Shown: positions 1-12,651 of the stretch, one piece after another
Layout: each line of letters starts with the position of its first letter
How positions within the stretch are numbered: the first letter of the stretch is position 1
Assembly (NCBI GenBank): GCA_964401135.1
Contig: CAYNXC010000002.1
Location: forward strand, 16,457-80,456
From: an uncultured Candidatus Saccharibacteria bacterium
Lineage (GTDB): Bacteria; Patescibacteriota; Minisyncoccia; Phycocordibacterales; UBA9988
Length of the DNA stretch: 64,000 nucleotides
Direction: 5' to 3'
Made by a program: the position numbers and the translations under genes
Notes under the pieces: model-generated
Told to the model about the DNA's origin: nothing
The model's input: only the letters and a program-made list of their open reading frames with translations
Database searches by the model: none

Positions 1-3
1 CCT

Positions 4-651
4 GTGGTGAGCTATCTGATTCAGGGGGGGAAGTGTCGTGGCTGTGGCAGTAAGATATCCACACAATATCCACTGGTAGAATTAGGTACAGGTGTGCTCT
101 TTGCACTTACTCTCCAAGAGTTCTGTCCTCTGTTTACTATTGATGGAGCTTCTCTCTATATACCAGTTCTTACCGTCGTCTTTCATCTTGTTGTATGGAG
201 TATTTTGATGGCCATTACCGTGTATGACATTCGCCACAAGATCATCCCAGACGGTCTCGTGTACGCGTTTATTGGCCTCGCCTTTCTCTATGCTGCGCTT
301 ATGGAGGTAGATGCGCGGTGGGTGGGGGCGGCGACCCTTATGGCGGCGTTCTTTGCAGCACTCTGGTTCTTTTCTAGCGGCCGGTGGATGGGCTTTGGGG
401 ACGCCAAGCTCGCACTAGGGATAGGTCTCTTCTTGGGGCCGAGCAGGGGACTTGCGGCGCTCATCCTCGCTTTTTGGATTGGTGCGCTTTTTGGTATCTC
501 GCTACTTCTCTTCCGCGGACGCTATGCTACAATGAAGGTCGAGGTACCCTTTGCTCCCTTTCTGATCCTCGGCACAGTCCTCACCTTTTTCGCACACTTA
601 GATATGCAGGGGGTACTATCTCTCTTCTCATTCACTGATGTACTATACTGA
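4..651 (+). CDS. pilD: Prepilin peptidase (A24 family, PilD-like). The 5' end is cut by the window edge.
   Basis: Has the N-terminal zinc-binding CxxC pairs (GGKCRGCGSKIS), a polytopic membrane profile and the conserved GFGDAKL active-site Asp. It sits immediately upstream of the pilin genes. Confidence 0.8.
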   Translation: MVSYLIQGGKCRGCGSKISTQYPLVELGTGVLFALTLQEFCPLFTIDGASLYIPVLTVVFHLVVWSILMAITVYDIRHKIIPDGLVYAFIGLAFLYAALMEVDARWVGAATLMAAFFAALWFFSSGRWMGFGDAKLALGIGLFLGPSRGLAALILAFWIGALFGISLLLFRGRYATMKVEVPFAPFLILGTVLTFFAHLDMQGVLSLFSFTDVLY

Positions 652-1255
652 CACAAAAAAAAGAGGATTCACGCTGATAGAGATGTTGGTAGTACTTGCA
701 ATAATTGGTGTGATTTCAGCTATACTTATACGACGCGGATCTCTTAACCCGCCAGAGGTAAAGCTAGATCTAGCTGCACAAGACTTGGCCACTGCAATTA
801 GACAGGCGCAGATCTCAGGGTCTACAGGAAGTGGTTTACCTGGATCAGACGCATATGAGCCAATGACTAACAATGAAGATGCATCCTCTATCGCATATGG
901 AGTCTCTTTGCGAAAAGATCAAAAGTCTCTCGCTTTTTTTAGAGACAAAAACAATAGTCATCAATTCGACTATAATGATAGTCTTGTTTTTAGATACTAT
1001 TTTCCTTCTGGTGTGAAATTGACAGATGTGATACTTTCTGATCCTACTAAATGTGATATGGGTGACGCAGTGATATTTTTATTTAAAGTTCCATTTATAA
1101 CTCTTGAAGAACTTTATTGTAAACCTGCAAGTCATAATGGTCTTACAAATATCGATTCTGACTACATCGGTCTAACATTAGGGATAGATGGGAGTACAAA
1201 AAAAAGACAAGTAAAAATAAACCAAGCTGGGTTCATTCAGATCATCAGCATCTAA
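638..1255 (+). CDS. Type IV pilin-like protein with a prepilin leader (G|FTLIEML).
   Basis: N-terminus KKRGFTLIEMLVVLAIIGV matches the class III signal peptide and N-methylation motif with Glu at +5. Confidence 0.7.
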   Translation: MYYTDTKKRGFTLIEMLVVLAIIGVISAILIRRGSLNPPEVKLDLAAQDLATAIRQAQISGSTGSGLPGSDAYEPMTNNEDASSIAYGVSLRKDQKSLAFFRDKNNSHQFDYNDSLVFRYYFPSGVKLTDVILSDPTKCDMGDAVIFLFKVPFITLEELYCKPASHNGLTNIDSDYIGLTLGIDGSTKKRQVKINQAGFIQIISI

Positions 1256-2082
1256 TGATTATGAGAAGAATAAAAAGAGATCAATTCCTATCAGGTGAGA
1301 TGCATAGCGGCTTTACTCTCGTGGAGCTTATTGTTGCAATCGGAATATTTATCGTTGTCGCATTGATAGTGACTGGGATGATTGTGTCTCTCATGCGCCT
1401 CAACCGATCAAATAGGCAATCTCGTCTATTGCTCACAAGCATGAATACTGTAATGGATGCCATCACTCTTCCAGCTCGCGAGCGCGCTCCTGGTACCGTC
1501 TTCTTCTGTAGATCAGGATCTGAGGACAAAATCGGCGAAGCAATATATTATCCAAAGTGGCGTTATTCCGGAGATATAGCAAGAGAGAGAGAAGTCTCCA
1601 TCAGCGGCATTGTGACCGACTCAAATAATGAATTGCTTTGTATAAAGTGCCCAATTGCGGGTGCCTGCAGCGGGACAAATCAAGTTCCTAGTCTCTATGG
1701 TAGCTCTATCTCATTCCTTTCTCAGGTTAAAGTAGAAGATGAACTTGTATATGAGGAACTGTCGTTCTATCGTAGTGATAGAATACCAGGGAAGGGGGCG
1801 ATTTATATGAGTAAGTGTCACCTTGATAAATCAGATAAAGATGACGCGGACCCACCTTCCACCTCCCGCTGTACAGTATTTAAACAACAGGTCACTCCAG
1901 ATGATGTAAATGTCACGCAGTTTAATATAGTGCCCTTTACTAGTCCTGTGAGCGATGCTTATGCCCCAACATATGGAGGTATAAATCAGCAAGGGGTCCA
2001 AATAATCATTGAAGCAAAGACTATGTCTTCACCTGCCAAAACTATCCATTTACAGACGGCCATTGCCGCAAGGCAATTATAG
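1255..2082 (+). CDS. Type IV pilin-like / minor pilin.
   Basis: Has the GFTLVELIVAIGIFIV prepilin motif after a short basic leader. Confidence 0.65.
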   Translation: MIMRRIKRDQFLSGEMHSGFTLVELIVAIGIFIVVALIVTGMIVSLMRLNRSNRQSRLLLTSMNTVMDAITLPARERAPGTVFFCRSGSEDKIGEAIYYPKWRYSGDIAREREVSISGIVTDSNNELLCIKCPIAGACSGTNQVPSLYGSSISFLSQVKVEDELVYEELSFYRSDRIPGKGAIYMSKCHLDKSDKDDADPPSTSRCTVFKQQVTPDDVNVTQFNIVPFTSPVSDAYAPTYGGINQQGVQIIIEAKTMSSPAKTIHLQTAIAARQL

Positions 2083-2091
2083 GTAGTATAT

Positions 2092-2881
2092 ATGCATACA
2101 ATCCTACGACAATTTCTTCCCTACCGAAAAGGATTCACGCTCGTGGAGACGATTGTGGCTGTTGGAATTATTGTATTAATGATTACTGTACCAATATCGG
2201 TATATATCCGATCTAGCCGGATGATCAGAGAAGAGATGAATGATCTGACTGCATTGTATTTACAACAAGAGGCGATAGAGATTATGAAGATGACTATCAG
2301 GTCTGATAAGCAATATAAAGATGAGGATGCGCTCTCCACATATAAAGAGGATAATATAGATAAAGGGTATTTCTTTGCTCGATGTAATGGGACTTGTGAC
2401 GCTACAGAGAAACTCAACGATATAAGAATCGGGAGTAATAGACCTGTAGGCGATTATCACCTATATAATTGTGGACGGTGGGGAGGTGTACAGAATTACT
2501 GCAATGCAGCACCGAAAAGCATAACTTCTTTTTTTGCTGATAGTTTCTTAAATGCGGGGACGAGGGTAGCAGATGTAAATAATGGAGGATATACCTATAC
2601 ATTAATAGAATGCGGCAGTCCTTATTACGCATATAAAGAAGGATGTAGTCCAAGTTATAAGCGTACCATCTTTAGTCGGAATGTGTCGATAGAGTTGCAA
2701 TATACTGGAATCCCCTATTTCTGTTACAAGGATTTTGAGACAGCGACTGTGAATCCACCTTATAAAGATAAGTTAGATAATCAATTTTATGACTCCGTCA
2801 GACTTACCTCCAGTGCGACATGGAAGGGCAGGAAGGAAAAATTGCCGGAATTATCAACTGTTATGTATAGGCCATTCTTAG

Positions 2882-2895
<14 letters not shown>
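2092..2895 (+). CDS. Type IV pilin-like / minor pilin.
   Basis: Has the KGFTLVETIVAVGIIVL prepilin motif. Confidence 0.65.
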
Positions 2896-5463
<2,568 letters not shown>

Positions 5464-5475
5464 TAGGATTCGCGT

Positions 5476-5772
5476 ATGCAGAACAGTGTCATAACGCGTG
5501 ACGATGTGGAACGGCTTGCAGAGCTTGCTCGTCTTGAGTTGACGGGAGAAGAAAGAGAAGTGCTCACAAAGGACCTCACATCCATCCTCTCATATGTCTC
5601 TGAACTCAATTCAGTAGATGCGGTAATTGAAATGGGGCGAGAGGCAACTCACAATACAATGCGAGAGGACAGTAATCCACACGAGCCGGGAATCCACACT
5701 GACGATCTGTTATCTGCCGCGCCGAAGGTGGAGAACGGATACCTTTCAGTTAAACAAATTCTTTCAAAATAG
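5476..5772 (+). CDS. gatC: Glu/Asp-tRNA amidotransferase subunit C.
   Basis: About 98 aa, begins ITRDDVERLAELARLEL, and lies directly upstream of gatA. Confidence 0.85.
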   Translation: MQNSVITRDDVERLAELARLELTGEEREVLTKDLTSILSYVSELNSVDAVIEMGREATHNTMREDSNPHEPGIHTDDLLSAAPKVENGYLSVKQILSK

Positions 5773-5773
5773 T

Positions 5774-7186
5774 ATGGCAGTCTCTCTTAGTGCACTTACC
5801 ATACAGAGTGCGAGTACTCAACTCTCCGAGGGCTCACTGAGTGCTCAAGAATTGACCGAAGCGTACCTTGCGCGCATTGGCATAGAAGATAGTGAGGTAC
5901 ACGCATACCTTGAAGTGTTTAGTGACGCGCTCGCGCAAGCAGAAGCTCTTGATGAACGGAGAAAGAGAGGGGAGCGCCTTGGCGCTCTTGCAGGCATCCC
6001 ACTTGCGGTGAAGGACAATATCTTGATCAAAGGAAGGAAGGTGAGTTCTGCGTCAAAGATTCTTGAAGGCTACACCGCCTCCTATGATGCGACGGTAATA
6101 CAAAAGTTACGAGAGGCTGGCGCTATCTTTCTTGGCCGAACCAATATGGATGAGTTTGCAATGGGCGGATCAACAGAGAACTCTGCCTTTGGTCCCACAA
6201 AGAATCCACGAGATACCAGTAAGGTGCCCGGTGGATCTTCGGGAGGCTCTGCGGCGGCCGTCTCTGCAGATATGGCTCTGGCGGCACTGGGGTCTGATAC
6301 GGGAGGGTCAATCCGTCAGCCGGCAGCCTTTTGTGGTGTGGTGGGCTTAAAGCCTTCTTATGGGCGAGTCTCGCGCTCCGGGCTTATAGCGATGGCGTCC
6401 TCTCTTGATCAGATTGGGCCATTTACAAAGACAGTTGCTGACGCAGAACTCCTGTTTAATGCGATTATAGGTATTGATCCAATGGACTCTACGACCGTTG
6501 ACCCTTCACAGGTATTGGTGAAGGCGGGAGGGAAGAAGATTGGCGTCCCAAGGCATTTTTTGGAGAAGGGAGTTGATCCAGATATACTCGCGCGTTTTGA
6601 AGAAACGCTCACAGAGCTCCGTGCAAAGGGCTATGAAGTATGTGACATCAGTCTCCCCGCAATTACTCACTCGCTCGCCGTCTATTACATCCTGATGCCG
6701 GCAGAAGTCTCTACCAACCTTGCGCGCTTTGACAGTGTGCGCTTCGGTCTGCATGTAGATGGTAAGGATCTCCTTGATGATTATATGAAGACGCGCGGAG
6801 CTGGATTTGGCAGGGAGGCAAAGCGCCGTATTATTCTCGGTACCTATGTGCTCTCTGCGGGCTACTATGATGCCTACTACGCACGGGCCAGTGCGATGCG
6901 CTCGGTGATACGGCGAGATTTTGAGACAGCCTTTACCTCGGTTGACGCGATTGCCATCCCCACGACTCCTTCGCCCGCATTTGCGCTGGGTGAAAAGGCA
7001 GCTGACCCGCTCCAGATGTATCTAGAAGATATTTTCACCGTGCCAGCAAATATTGCCGAGCTCCCTGCCATCTCTATCCCCTCGGGGATGACGAAAAAGG
7101 GATTACCGGTCGGATTCCAACTGATTGCGCCGTACTTTGGCGAGTCCACACTCTTTAGCATAGGTAAAGACATCAATGTGGGTTGA
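5774..7186 (+). CDS. gatA: Glu/Asp-tRNA amidotransferase subunit A (amidase).
   Basis: Amidase signature GGSSGGSAAAV and catalytic Ser/Lys context. The ATG at 5774 is in-frame with the longer track ORF that starts at 5627. Confidence 0.9.
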   Translation: MAVSLSALTIQSASTQLSEGSLSAQELTEAYLARIGIEDSEVHAYLEVFSDALAQAEALDERRKRGERLGALAGIPLAVKDNILIKGRKVSSASKILEGYTASYDATVIQKLREAGAIFLGRTNMDEFAMGGSTENSAFGPTKNPRDTSKVPGGSSGGSAAAVSADMALAALGSDTGGSIRQPAAFCGVVGLKPSYGRVSRSGLIAMASSLDQIGPFTKTVADAELLFNAIIGIDPMDSTTVDPSQVLVKAGGKKIGVPRHFLEKGVDPDILARFEETLTELRAKGYEVCDISLPAITHSLAVYYILMPAEVSTNLARFDSVRFGLHVDGKDLLDDYMKTRGAGFGREAKRRIILGTYVLSAGYYDAYYARASAMRSVIRRDFETAFTSVDAIAIPTTPSPAFALGEKAADPLQMYLEDIFTVPANIAELPAISIPSGMTKKGLPVGFQLIAPYFGESTLFSIGKDINVG

Positions 7187-7760
7187 CGCACTATTTTACT
7201 ATTTCTACCAACTCCTCCGCTTTGTGCGCGGGCTTGCCTTGGCGACATGGGATGGAGATATTCTCCTTGTCCCTGCAGTTGCAAATGCATTTTTTTGGTA
7301 CAAACTAATCGTGGTTATTTTTTCTGTCACTGCTGCGTCGTTGATTGCGTGGTATGTGTACAAAATTATTTTGATGGATATTGAGAAAGAGAGAGGAGAG
7401 CGCGCTGAAGCAGAAAAAGTTACTATAGAAAAAACACGCACAAAAAATGAGATACGCTGGAACTTCATTCAAGAAAAACTTAATTCTGATAATGAGTCAG
7501 ATTGGCGGATTGCCATTATTGAAGCGGATACTATCCTTGATGAGATTGTTGGCACCATGAACTTAAATGGAGGGAGTCTTGGTGAGAAGATGAAGGTTAT
7601 AGAGAAGAGCGACTTCAACACATTGGACGATGCGTGGGAGGCGCACAAGGCTCGCAATAGGGTGGCACATGACGGGAATGCGGTCCCGCTCTCGTCACGA
7701 GAAGCGAGGCGCATCATCGGTCTGTACGAGAATGTGTTCCGTGAGTTTGGATATGTCTAA
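7176..7760 (+). CDS. Hypothetical membrane-anchored protein with a C-terminal HEPN-like Rx4H motif.
   Basis: Two N-terminal TM helices, a charged coiled region, then HKARNRVAHDG (R-x4-H). Confidence 0.4.
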   Translation: MWVDALFYYFYQLLRFVRGLALATWDGDILLVPAVANAFFWYKLIVVIFSVTAASLIAWYVYKIILMDIEKERGERAEAEKVTIEKTRTKNEIRWNFIQEKLNSDNESDWRIAIIEADTILDEIVGTMNLNGGSLGEKMKVIEKSDFNTLDDAWEAHKARNRVAHDGNAVPLSSREARRIIGLYENVFREFGYV

Positions 7761-7784
7761 TTGTATGCTATAGTCATCTCGTAT

Positions 7785-7859
<75 letters not shown>

Positions 7860-7944
7860 CGATGAAAAACGCCAATACTACATTGGCGTTTTTCTGTTTT
7901 TATGGCACTATGGGAGTCGTCAGGAGAGAGATAGAAAATGTCTT

Positions 7945-8018
7945 GCCGGGGTAGCTCAGTCGGTTAGAGCGTGGGACTCATAAACCCAAGGTCGTGAGTT
8001 CGATTCTCACCCCCGGCA
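7945..8018 (+). tRNA. tRNA-Met or tRNA-Ile2 (anticodon CAT, elongator type).
   Basis: Acceptor stem GCCGGGG/CCCCGGC and anticodon loop ACTCATAAA. The G1-C72 pair rules out an initiator. Confidence 0.75.
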
Positions 8019-8065
8019 CGAGGTTCCTGTATATTCTTTGAGCTTTTTGCTAGGATGATGTCGTT

Positions 8066-8142
8066 GCAGATGTAGCTCAACTGGTTAGAGCACCCGCCTG
8101 TCACGCGGGAGGTTGCGGGTTCAAGTCCCGTCGTCTGCGCCA
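8066..8142 (+). tRNA. tRNA-Asp (GTC).
   Basis: Near-identical to canonical bacterial tRNA-Asp. Anticodon loop CCTGTCACG, CCA encoded. Confidence 0.85.
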
Positions 8143-8223
8143 GTTCTTAATGTTTAAGGACAGCCCTAAAACATTCACCAGAGGCGAATGTTCGGGCGGA
8201 CAATTTCCATAGGAAACTGTTTT

Positions 8224-8296
8224 GCCGTTGTAGCTCAGTTGGTAGAGCAACTCCATGGTAAGGAGTAGGTCGTCGGTTCAATTCCGACCAACGGCT
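8224..8296 (+). tRNA. tRNA-Thr (GGT).
   Basis: Acceptor GCCGTTG/CAACGGC, anticodon stem ACTCC/GGAGT and loop ATGGTAA. Confidence 0.8.
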
Positions 8297-8308
8297 CATA
8301 ACAATAAG

Positions 8309-8381
8309 GCCACCTTAGCTCAGTTGGCAGAGCGGCGCATTCGTAACGCGCAGGTCCCCAGTCCGATTCTGGGAGGTGGCT
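8309..8381 (+). tRNA. tRNA-Thr (CGT).
   Basis: Anticodon arm GCGCATTCGTAACGCGC resembles E. coli thrW. T-arm is CCCAG/CTGGG. Confidence 0.75.
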
Positions 8382-8431
8382 CAACATAAGTCTTATTCCA
8401 CCGTTTTGCGGATATATCCTGCTCGTATATA

Positions 8432-9331
8432 ATGTGGTTGATGGCAGAGACAGGTGCCCGGGAGGCGCTTACAGAAAAGATTTCCGCTGTGGAAGCACGG
8501 ATGGCCGACCCGCACTTTTGGGAGGACAAGGATCGTGCACAAGACTTGCTGAAGGAGTACAGTCAACTCAAACAAGAACTACGCGATCTGAATCCATACG
8601 ATAAGGGGAATGCGGTCTTAACCATCTTTGCCGGAGCCGGCGGAGATGATGCAGAAGATTTTGCCGCTCTGCTCTTTAACATGTACAGTCGCTTTGTCGC
8701 TCGTAAGGAGTGGAGTATCCGTACGCTCCATGAGAATGAAAATGACCACGGTGGCTACCGCAACATCACTGCAGAGATCAAAGGAGCGGGGGCCTACGGG
8801 ACACTTAAGCATGAGTCGGGAGTGCATCGGCTGGTGCGCATTTCGCCTTTCAACGCCAAAAAGCTCCGCCACACCTCATTTGTGATGGTTGAGGTGGTCC
8901 CGGAGTTCACTCGTGTGGAGGATGTAGAGATTCCAGAGAGCGATCTCACGATAGAGTATGCAAAGTCATCGGGGCCTGGCGGACAGAATGTGAATAAACG
9001 CGAGACTGCGGTGCGCATTGTCCACAACGCGACAGGACTCTCGGCTCACTGTGAGAGCGAACGCTCGCAGGCACAGAACAGAGAGAAGGCACTCGCCATC
9101 CTTCGTGGTAAACTCTATCGGAGGTTGGAAGATGAGCGAGTCGCCAAGGTGGAGAGTATGTACATCAGTAAGACGACGGATGCCGAGTGGGGCAATCAAA
9201 TCCGCTCGTATGTGCTCCATCCATACAAAATGGTGAAAGACCATCGGACTGAAGTGGAGACGCACAATGTGGATGCAGTACTTAGAGAAGGGGAGCTTGA
9301 TGAATTTATTGCCGCAGAACAAACACTATGA
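8432..9331 (+). CDS. prfB: Peptide chain release factor 2. N-terminally short, with no programmed frameshift.
   Basis: RF2-specific SPF motif (RISPFNAKK) and the GGQ motif (SSGPGGQNVNK). Confidence 0.9.
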   Translation: MWLMAETGAREALTEKISAVEARMADPHFWEDKDRAQDLLKEYSQLKQELRDLNPYDKGNAVLTIFAGAGGDDAEDFAALLFNMYSRFVARKEWSIRTLHENENDHGGYRNITAEIKGAGAYGTLKHESGVHRLVRISPFNAKKLRHTSFVMVEVVPEFTRVEDVEIPESDLTIEYAKSSGPGGQNVNKRETAVRIVHNATGLSAHCESERSQAQNREKALAILRGKLYRRLEDERVAKVESMYISKTTDAEWGNQIRSYVLHPYKMVKDHRTEVETHNVDAVLREGELDEFIAAEQTL

Positions 9332-10008
9332 TTGTCTTTGATAAAGTAAGTAAGATATATTCAGACAATTCAAAGGCGCTTGATTGCGTCAGTTTTGAGA
9401 TTGAGTCAGGTGACTTTCTCTCTATTGTGGGGCAGTCTGGGGCAGGGAAGTCCACCCTCCTCAAACTTATTTTGGTAGAAGACGAGCCTAGCGATGGAAC
9501 TGTCTTTTTTGATAAAATTGATGTGCATAGGCTGACTCGCCGAGAACTCCCACACTTACGCAGACGCATAGGGTCAATCTTCCAAGACTTCCGACTTTTA
9601 CCAGACAAGACAGCCTATGAGAACATTGCCTTTGCCATGGAGGCGGCAGGGAGGAGTGATGAGGAAATCGAGTCTGATGTTCCGCATGCGCTTGATCTGG
9701 TGGGATTAAAGCAAAAAATTTGGAGCTTCCCCCGCGAGATGTCTGGAGGAGAGAAGCAGCGCGTAGCCATTGCTCGCGCTATCGTCAATCAACCTGATCT
9801 CATTATTGCAGATGAGCCGACAGGGAACTTAGATCCGCTTAACACCTTTGAAATTGTGCAGATCTTGAAAAAAATCAATGACCTCGGGACTACGGTCATT
9901 TTGACCACTCACAATAAAGGGGTCATTGATTCATTAAAAAAGCGCGTCATCACGCTTGAGAATGGTCGCATAGCGCGCGATGACTCACACGGTAAGTATG
10001 TACTATAA
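9328..10008 (+). CDS. ftsE: Cell-division ABC ATPase FtsE.
   Basis: Walker A GQSGAGKST, ABC signature LSGGEKQR and Walker B IIADEPTGNLD. Confidence 0.9.
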   Translation: MIVFDKVSKIYSDNSKALDCVSFEIESGDFLSIVGQSGAGKSTLLKLILVEDEPSDGTVFFDKIDVHRLTRRELPHLRRRIGSIFQDFRLLPDKTAYENIAFAMEAAGRSDEEIESDVPHALDLVGLKQKIWSFPREMSGGEKQRVAIARAIVNQPDLIIADEPTGNLDPLNTFEIVQILKKINDLGTTVILTTHNKGVIDSLKKRVITLENGRIARDDSHGKYVL

Positions 10009-10013
10009 GTAAT

Positions 10014-10940
10014 ATGTTCTGGGTATATATTCGTCGCACAATCAAATCGGGATTCATCAGTTTTTGGCGTAACAGTACTATCTCGCTTGCTGCCATTCTC
10101 GCTATGATTATTACCCTCACGGTGGTGGGGTCTCTGATGATTGGTAATGTGTTTCTCTCCGCATTTCTAGATACCGTGAAAGAGAAGGTGGATGTAACGG
10201 TCTACTTTACTATTGACGCGACAGAGACCGATATTCTTGCCTTGAAAAAATCTCTAGAAGCGCTCTCTGAAGTACGGCGTGTAGAGTATGTCACACGCGA
10301 GCAGGCACTCTTAGCATTTAAAGAACGCCACAAGGACGACGCAGTGATGCTTGCCGCTCTTGATGAGGTAGGAGGTAATCCTCTGCGTGCCAGTCTCAAC
10401 ATTAAAGCGAAGGAGCTCTCACAGTACGAGGGTGTGAGCAAGTTCCTGGAAGGAGATTCCGCGCTTGCTCCTGGTGGAGGAGATATTATTGAGAAGGTAA
10501 ACTATCGGCAAAACAAAGTGGTGATAGAGCGGATGAACACCATTCTTGCCTATACAAGAAAGGTGGGTGCTGGTATCTCTATTGTACTCGCCATTATGTC
10601 TATTATGGTGACAGTCAATACTATCTCGCTCGCACTCTACTCATCTCGAGACGAGATCTCGGTGATGAAGTTGGTGGGTGCGGCAAACAACTTTGTGCGC
10701 GGTCCTTTTATGATGCAGGGAGCGATGTATGGTGCCGTTTCTGCCATCCTTGCCACTGCACTCCTTTACCCAGCAACATTTTGGCTAGGGCGGAGTACGG
10801 AGGACGCTTTTGGGGGGTTGAATATCTTCCGTTACTATATTGCTGATTTTGGACAGCTCTTTCTTACTCTACTTGGAGTGGGGATATTCCTCGGGATGAT
10901 ATCTAGCCTCTTTGCTCTCTCCCGCTATCTGAAGGTCTAA
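10014..10940 (+). CDS. ftsX: Cell-division permease-like protein FtsX.
   Basis: 4-TM FtsX topology with a large periplasmic loop, immediately after ftsE. Confidence 0.85.
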   Translation: MFWVYIRRTIKSGFISFWRNSTISLAAILAMIITLTVVGSLMIGNVFLSAFLDTVKEKVDVTVYFTIDATETDILALKKSLEALSEVRRVEYVTREQALLAFKERHKDDAVMLAALDEVGGNPLRASLNIKAKELSQYEGVSKFLEGDSALAPGGGDIIEKVNYRQNKVVIERMNTILAYTRKVGAGISIVLAIMSIMVTVNTISLALYSSRDEISVMKLVGAANNFVRGPFMMQGAMYGAVSAILATALLYPATFWLGRSTEDAFGGLNIFRYYIADFGQLFLTLLGVGIFLGMISSLFALSRYLKV

Positions 10941-10941
10941 T

Positions 10942-12618
10942 ATGCCAAAGCGCCATAAATACATCTTTATCCTCGGCGGTGTCATGTCAGGAGTAGGGAA
11001 AGGTGTAACGACTTCCTCCATTGCAAAAATTCTTAAAGCACGGGGCTACAAAGTCAACCCAGTTAAAATTGATCCATACCTGAATGTGGATGCCGGCACC
11101 ATGAACCCTATTGAGCATGGAGAAGTGTTTGTATTGGACTCTGGGCTCGAGTGTGATCAGGATATGGGCAACTATGAGCGCTTCTTAGATCTCACCCTAC
11201 CTCCAGAGAACTATATGACGAGCGGTATGGTCTACAAGCACATTATTGATAAAGAGCGTGCTCTTGGTTATGGTGGGAAGTGTGTGGACCCGGTACCTTA
11301 TATCTGTGAAGAGATTCATCGTCGCCTCAAGCGCTCGGAAGAGAAGACGGTAGCAGACATTACGCTTGTTGAGATAGGAGGGACCGTGGGTGAATACCAG
11401 AATACAATGTTTATTGAAGCGGCGCGCATTCTTAAGCTCAAGCATCCAGACGATGTGCTCTTTGTGTTAGTGAGCTACCTCCCCGTGCCTGGTAAGATCG
11501 GGGAGATGAAGACAAAACCAACACAGTACGCGGTGCGCACTATGAATAGCTACGGAGTGCATCCAGACATCATCATTGCGCGGAGCGACCGACCTTTGGA
11601 TAAAAAACGCAAAGAGAAGATTGCCGTCTCAAGTAATATCGCGGTGGAAGATATTATCTCTGCACCAGACACAGAGAGTATCTATGAGATCCCACTCAAT
11701 TTTGAAAAGGATGAACTCTCAAGCCGTCTCCTTGGACGATTGAAGCTCCGTCCAAAGCAGACTGATTTGAGTGACTGGCGAGCCATGTCTGCCCGTACAC
11801 AAAGAGCAAAAGAGGAAGTGTCAATCGCGATCGTGGGGAAGTACTTTAAGACGGGCGACTTTGTACTCTCTGATGTCTACATTTCAGTGATTGAATCGTT
11901 AAAGCACGCGGGCTCTGCGCTCAATAAGAAGGTTGTCATTAGCTGGCTGGATTCAACAGAATATGAGCCTGCCTCGCCGGAAGGTATGAAGGACGCAGAG
12001 AAGCCGAAAGGTCTATCGCAGTATGCAGGCATCTTGGTTCCTGGCGGTTTTGGCGAGCGTGGGGTGGAGGGCAAGATTAAGGTTATAGAGTACGCGCGTA
12101 CGCATCGGGTGCCCTACTTTGGCATCTGTTACGGCATGCAGTTGGCGGTCATTGAGTATGCACGGCATATACTTAGACTTCCCGGAGCGCATACGACAGA
12201 AATTGATCCGGAGACTAAACACCCCGTCATAGATATTATGCCAGAGCAGAAAGGACATATGCGTGATGCAAAGTATGGTGCAACGATGCGCCTAGGTGCA
12301 TTCCCAGCAGAGCTTACTTCTGGCACCATTGCCGCGCTCGCGTATAGGCAGAGTTCCATCAGTGAACGCCACCGACATCGCTATGAGGTGAACTCTGACT
12401 ATGTAAAACAGATAGAGGATGGAGGTGGGGTCTTTTCAGGGAAGTCGCCCAATGGAGTGCTGATGGAAATTTTTGAACTCCCTACAAGAGTACATCCATT
12501 CTTTGTGGGGACGCAGTTCCACCCCGAGTTTAAATCATCGCCACTCAATCCGCATCCACTCTTTGTCGCTTTTATCAAAGCGGCGGCACGATCTAAAGTC
12601 TCTCGACGAAGAAAGTGA
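10942..12618 (+). CDS. pyrG: CTP synthase.
   Basis: N-terminal synthetase domain GGVMSGVGKG and C-terminal glutamine amidotransferase domain (GICYGMQ). 558 aa. Confidence 0.95.
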   Translation: MPKRHKYIFILGGVMSGVGKGVTTSSIAKILKARGYKVNPVKIDPYLNVDAGTMNPIEHGEVFVLDSGLECDQDMGNYERFLDLTLPPENYMTSGMVYKHIIDKERALGYGGKCVDPVPYICEEIHRRLKRSEEKTVADITLVEIGGTVGEYQNTMFIEAARILKLKHPDDVLFVLVSYLPVPGKIGEMKTKPTQYAVRTMNSYGVHPDIIIARSDRPLDKKRKEKIAVSSNIAVEDIISAPDTESIYEIPLNFEKDELSSRLLGRLKLRPKQTDLSDWRAMSARTQRAKEEVSIAIVGKYFKTGDFVLSDVYISVIESLKHAGSALNKKVVISWLDSTEYEPASPEGMKDAEKPKGLSQYAGILVPGGFGERGVEGKIKVIEYARTHRVPYFGICYGMQLAVIEYARHILRLPGAHTTEIDPETKHPVIDIMPEQKGHMRDAKYGATMRLGAFPAELTSGTIAALAYRQSSISERHRHRYEVNSDYVKQIEDGGGVFSGKSPNGVLMEIFELPTRVHPFFVGTQFHPEFKSSPLNPHPLFVAFIKAAARSKVSRRRK

Positions 12619-12651
12619 TGCGATAGTCTTGCGAGAAGGAGATCTTTTCTC

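Noticed and set aside
8382-8460. Programmed +1 frameshift site (CTT TGA C) or an upstream exon for prfB.
   Set aside because: Only 50 nt separate the tRNA from the ATG, that interval contains an in-frame stop, and there is no in-frame TGA within the ORF.
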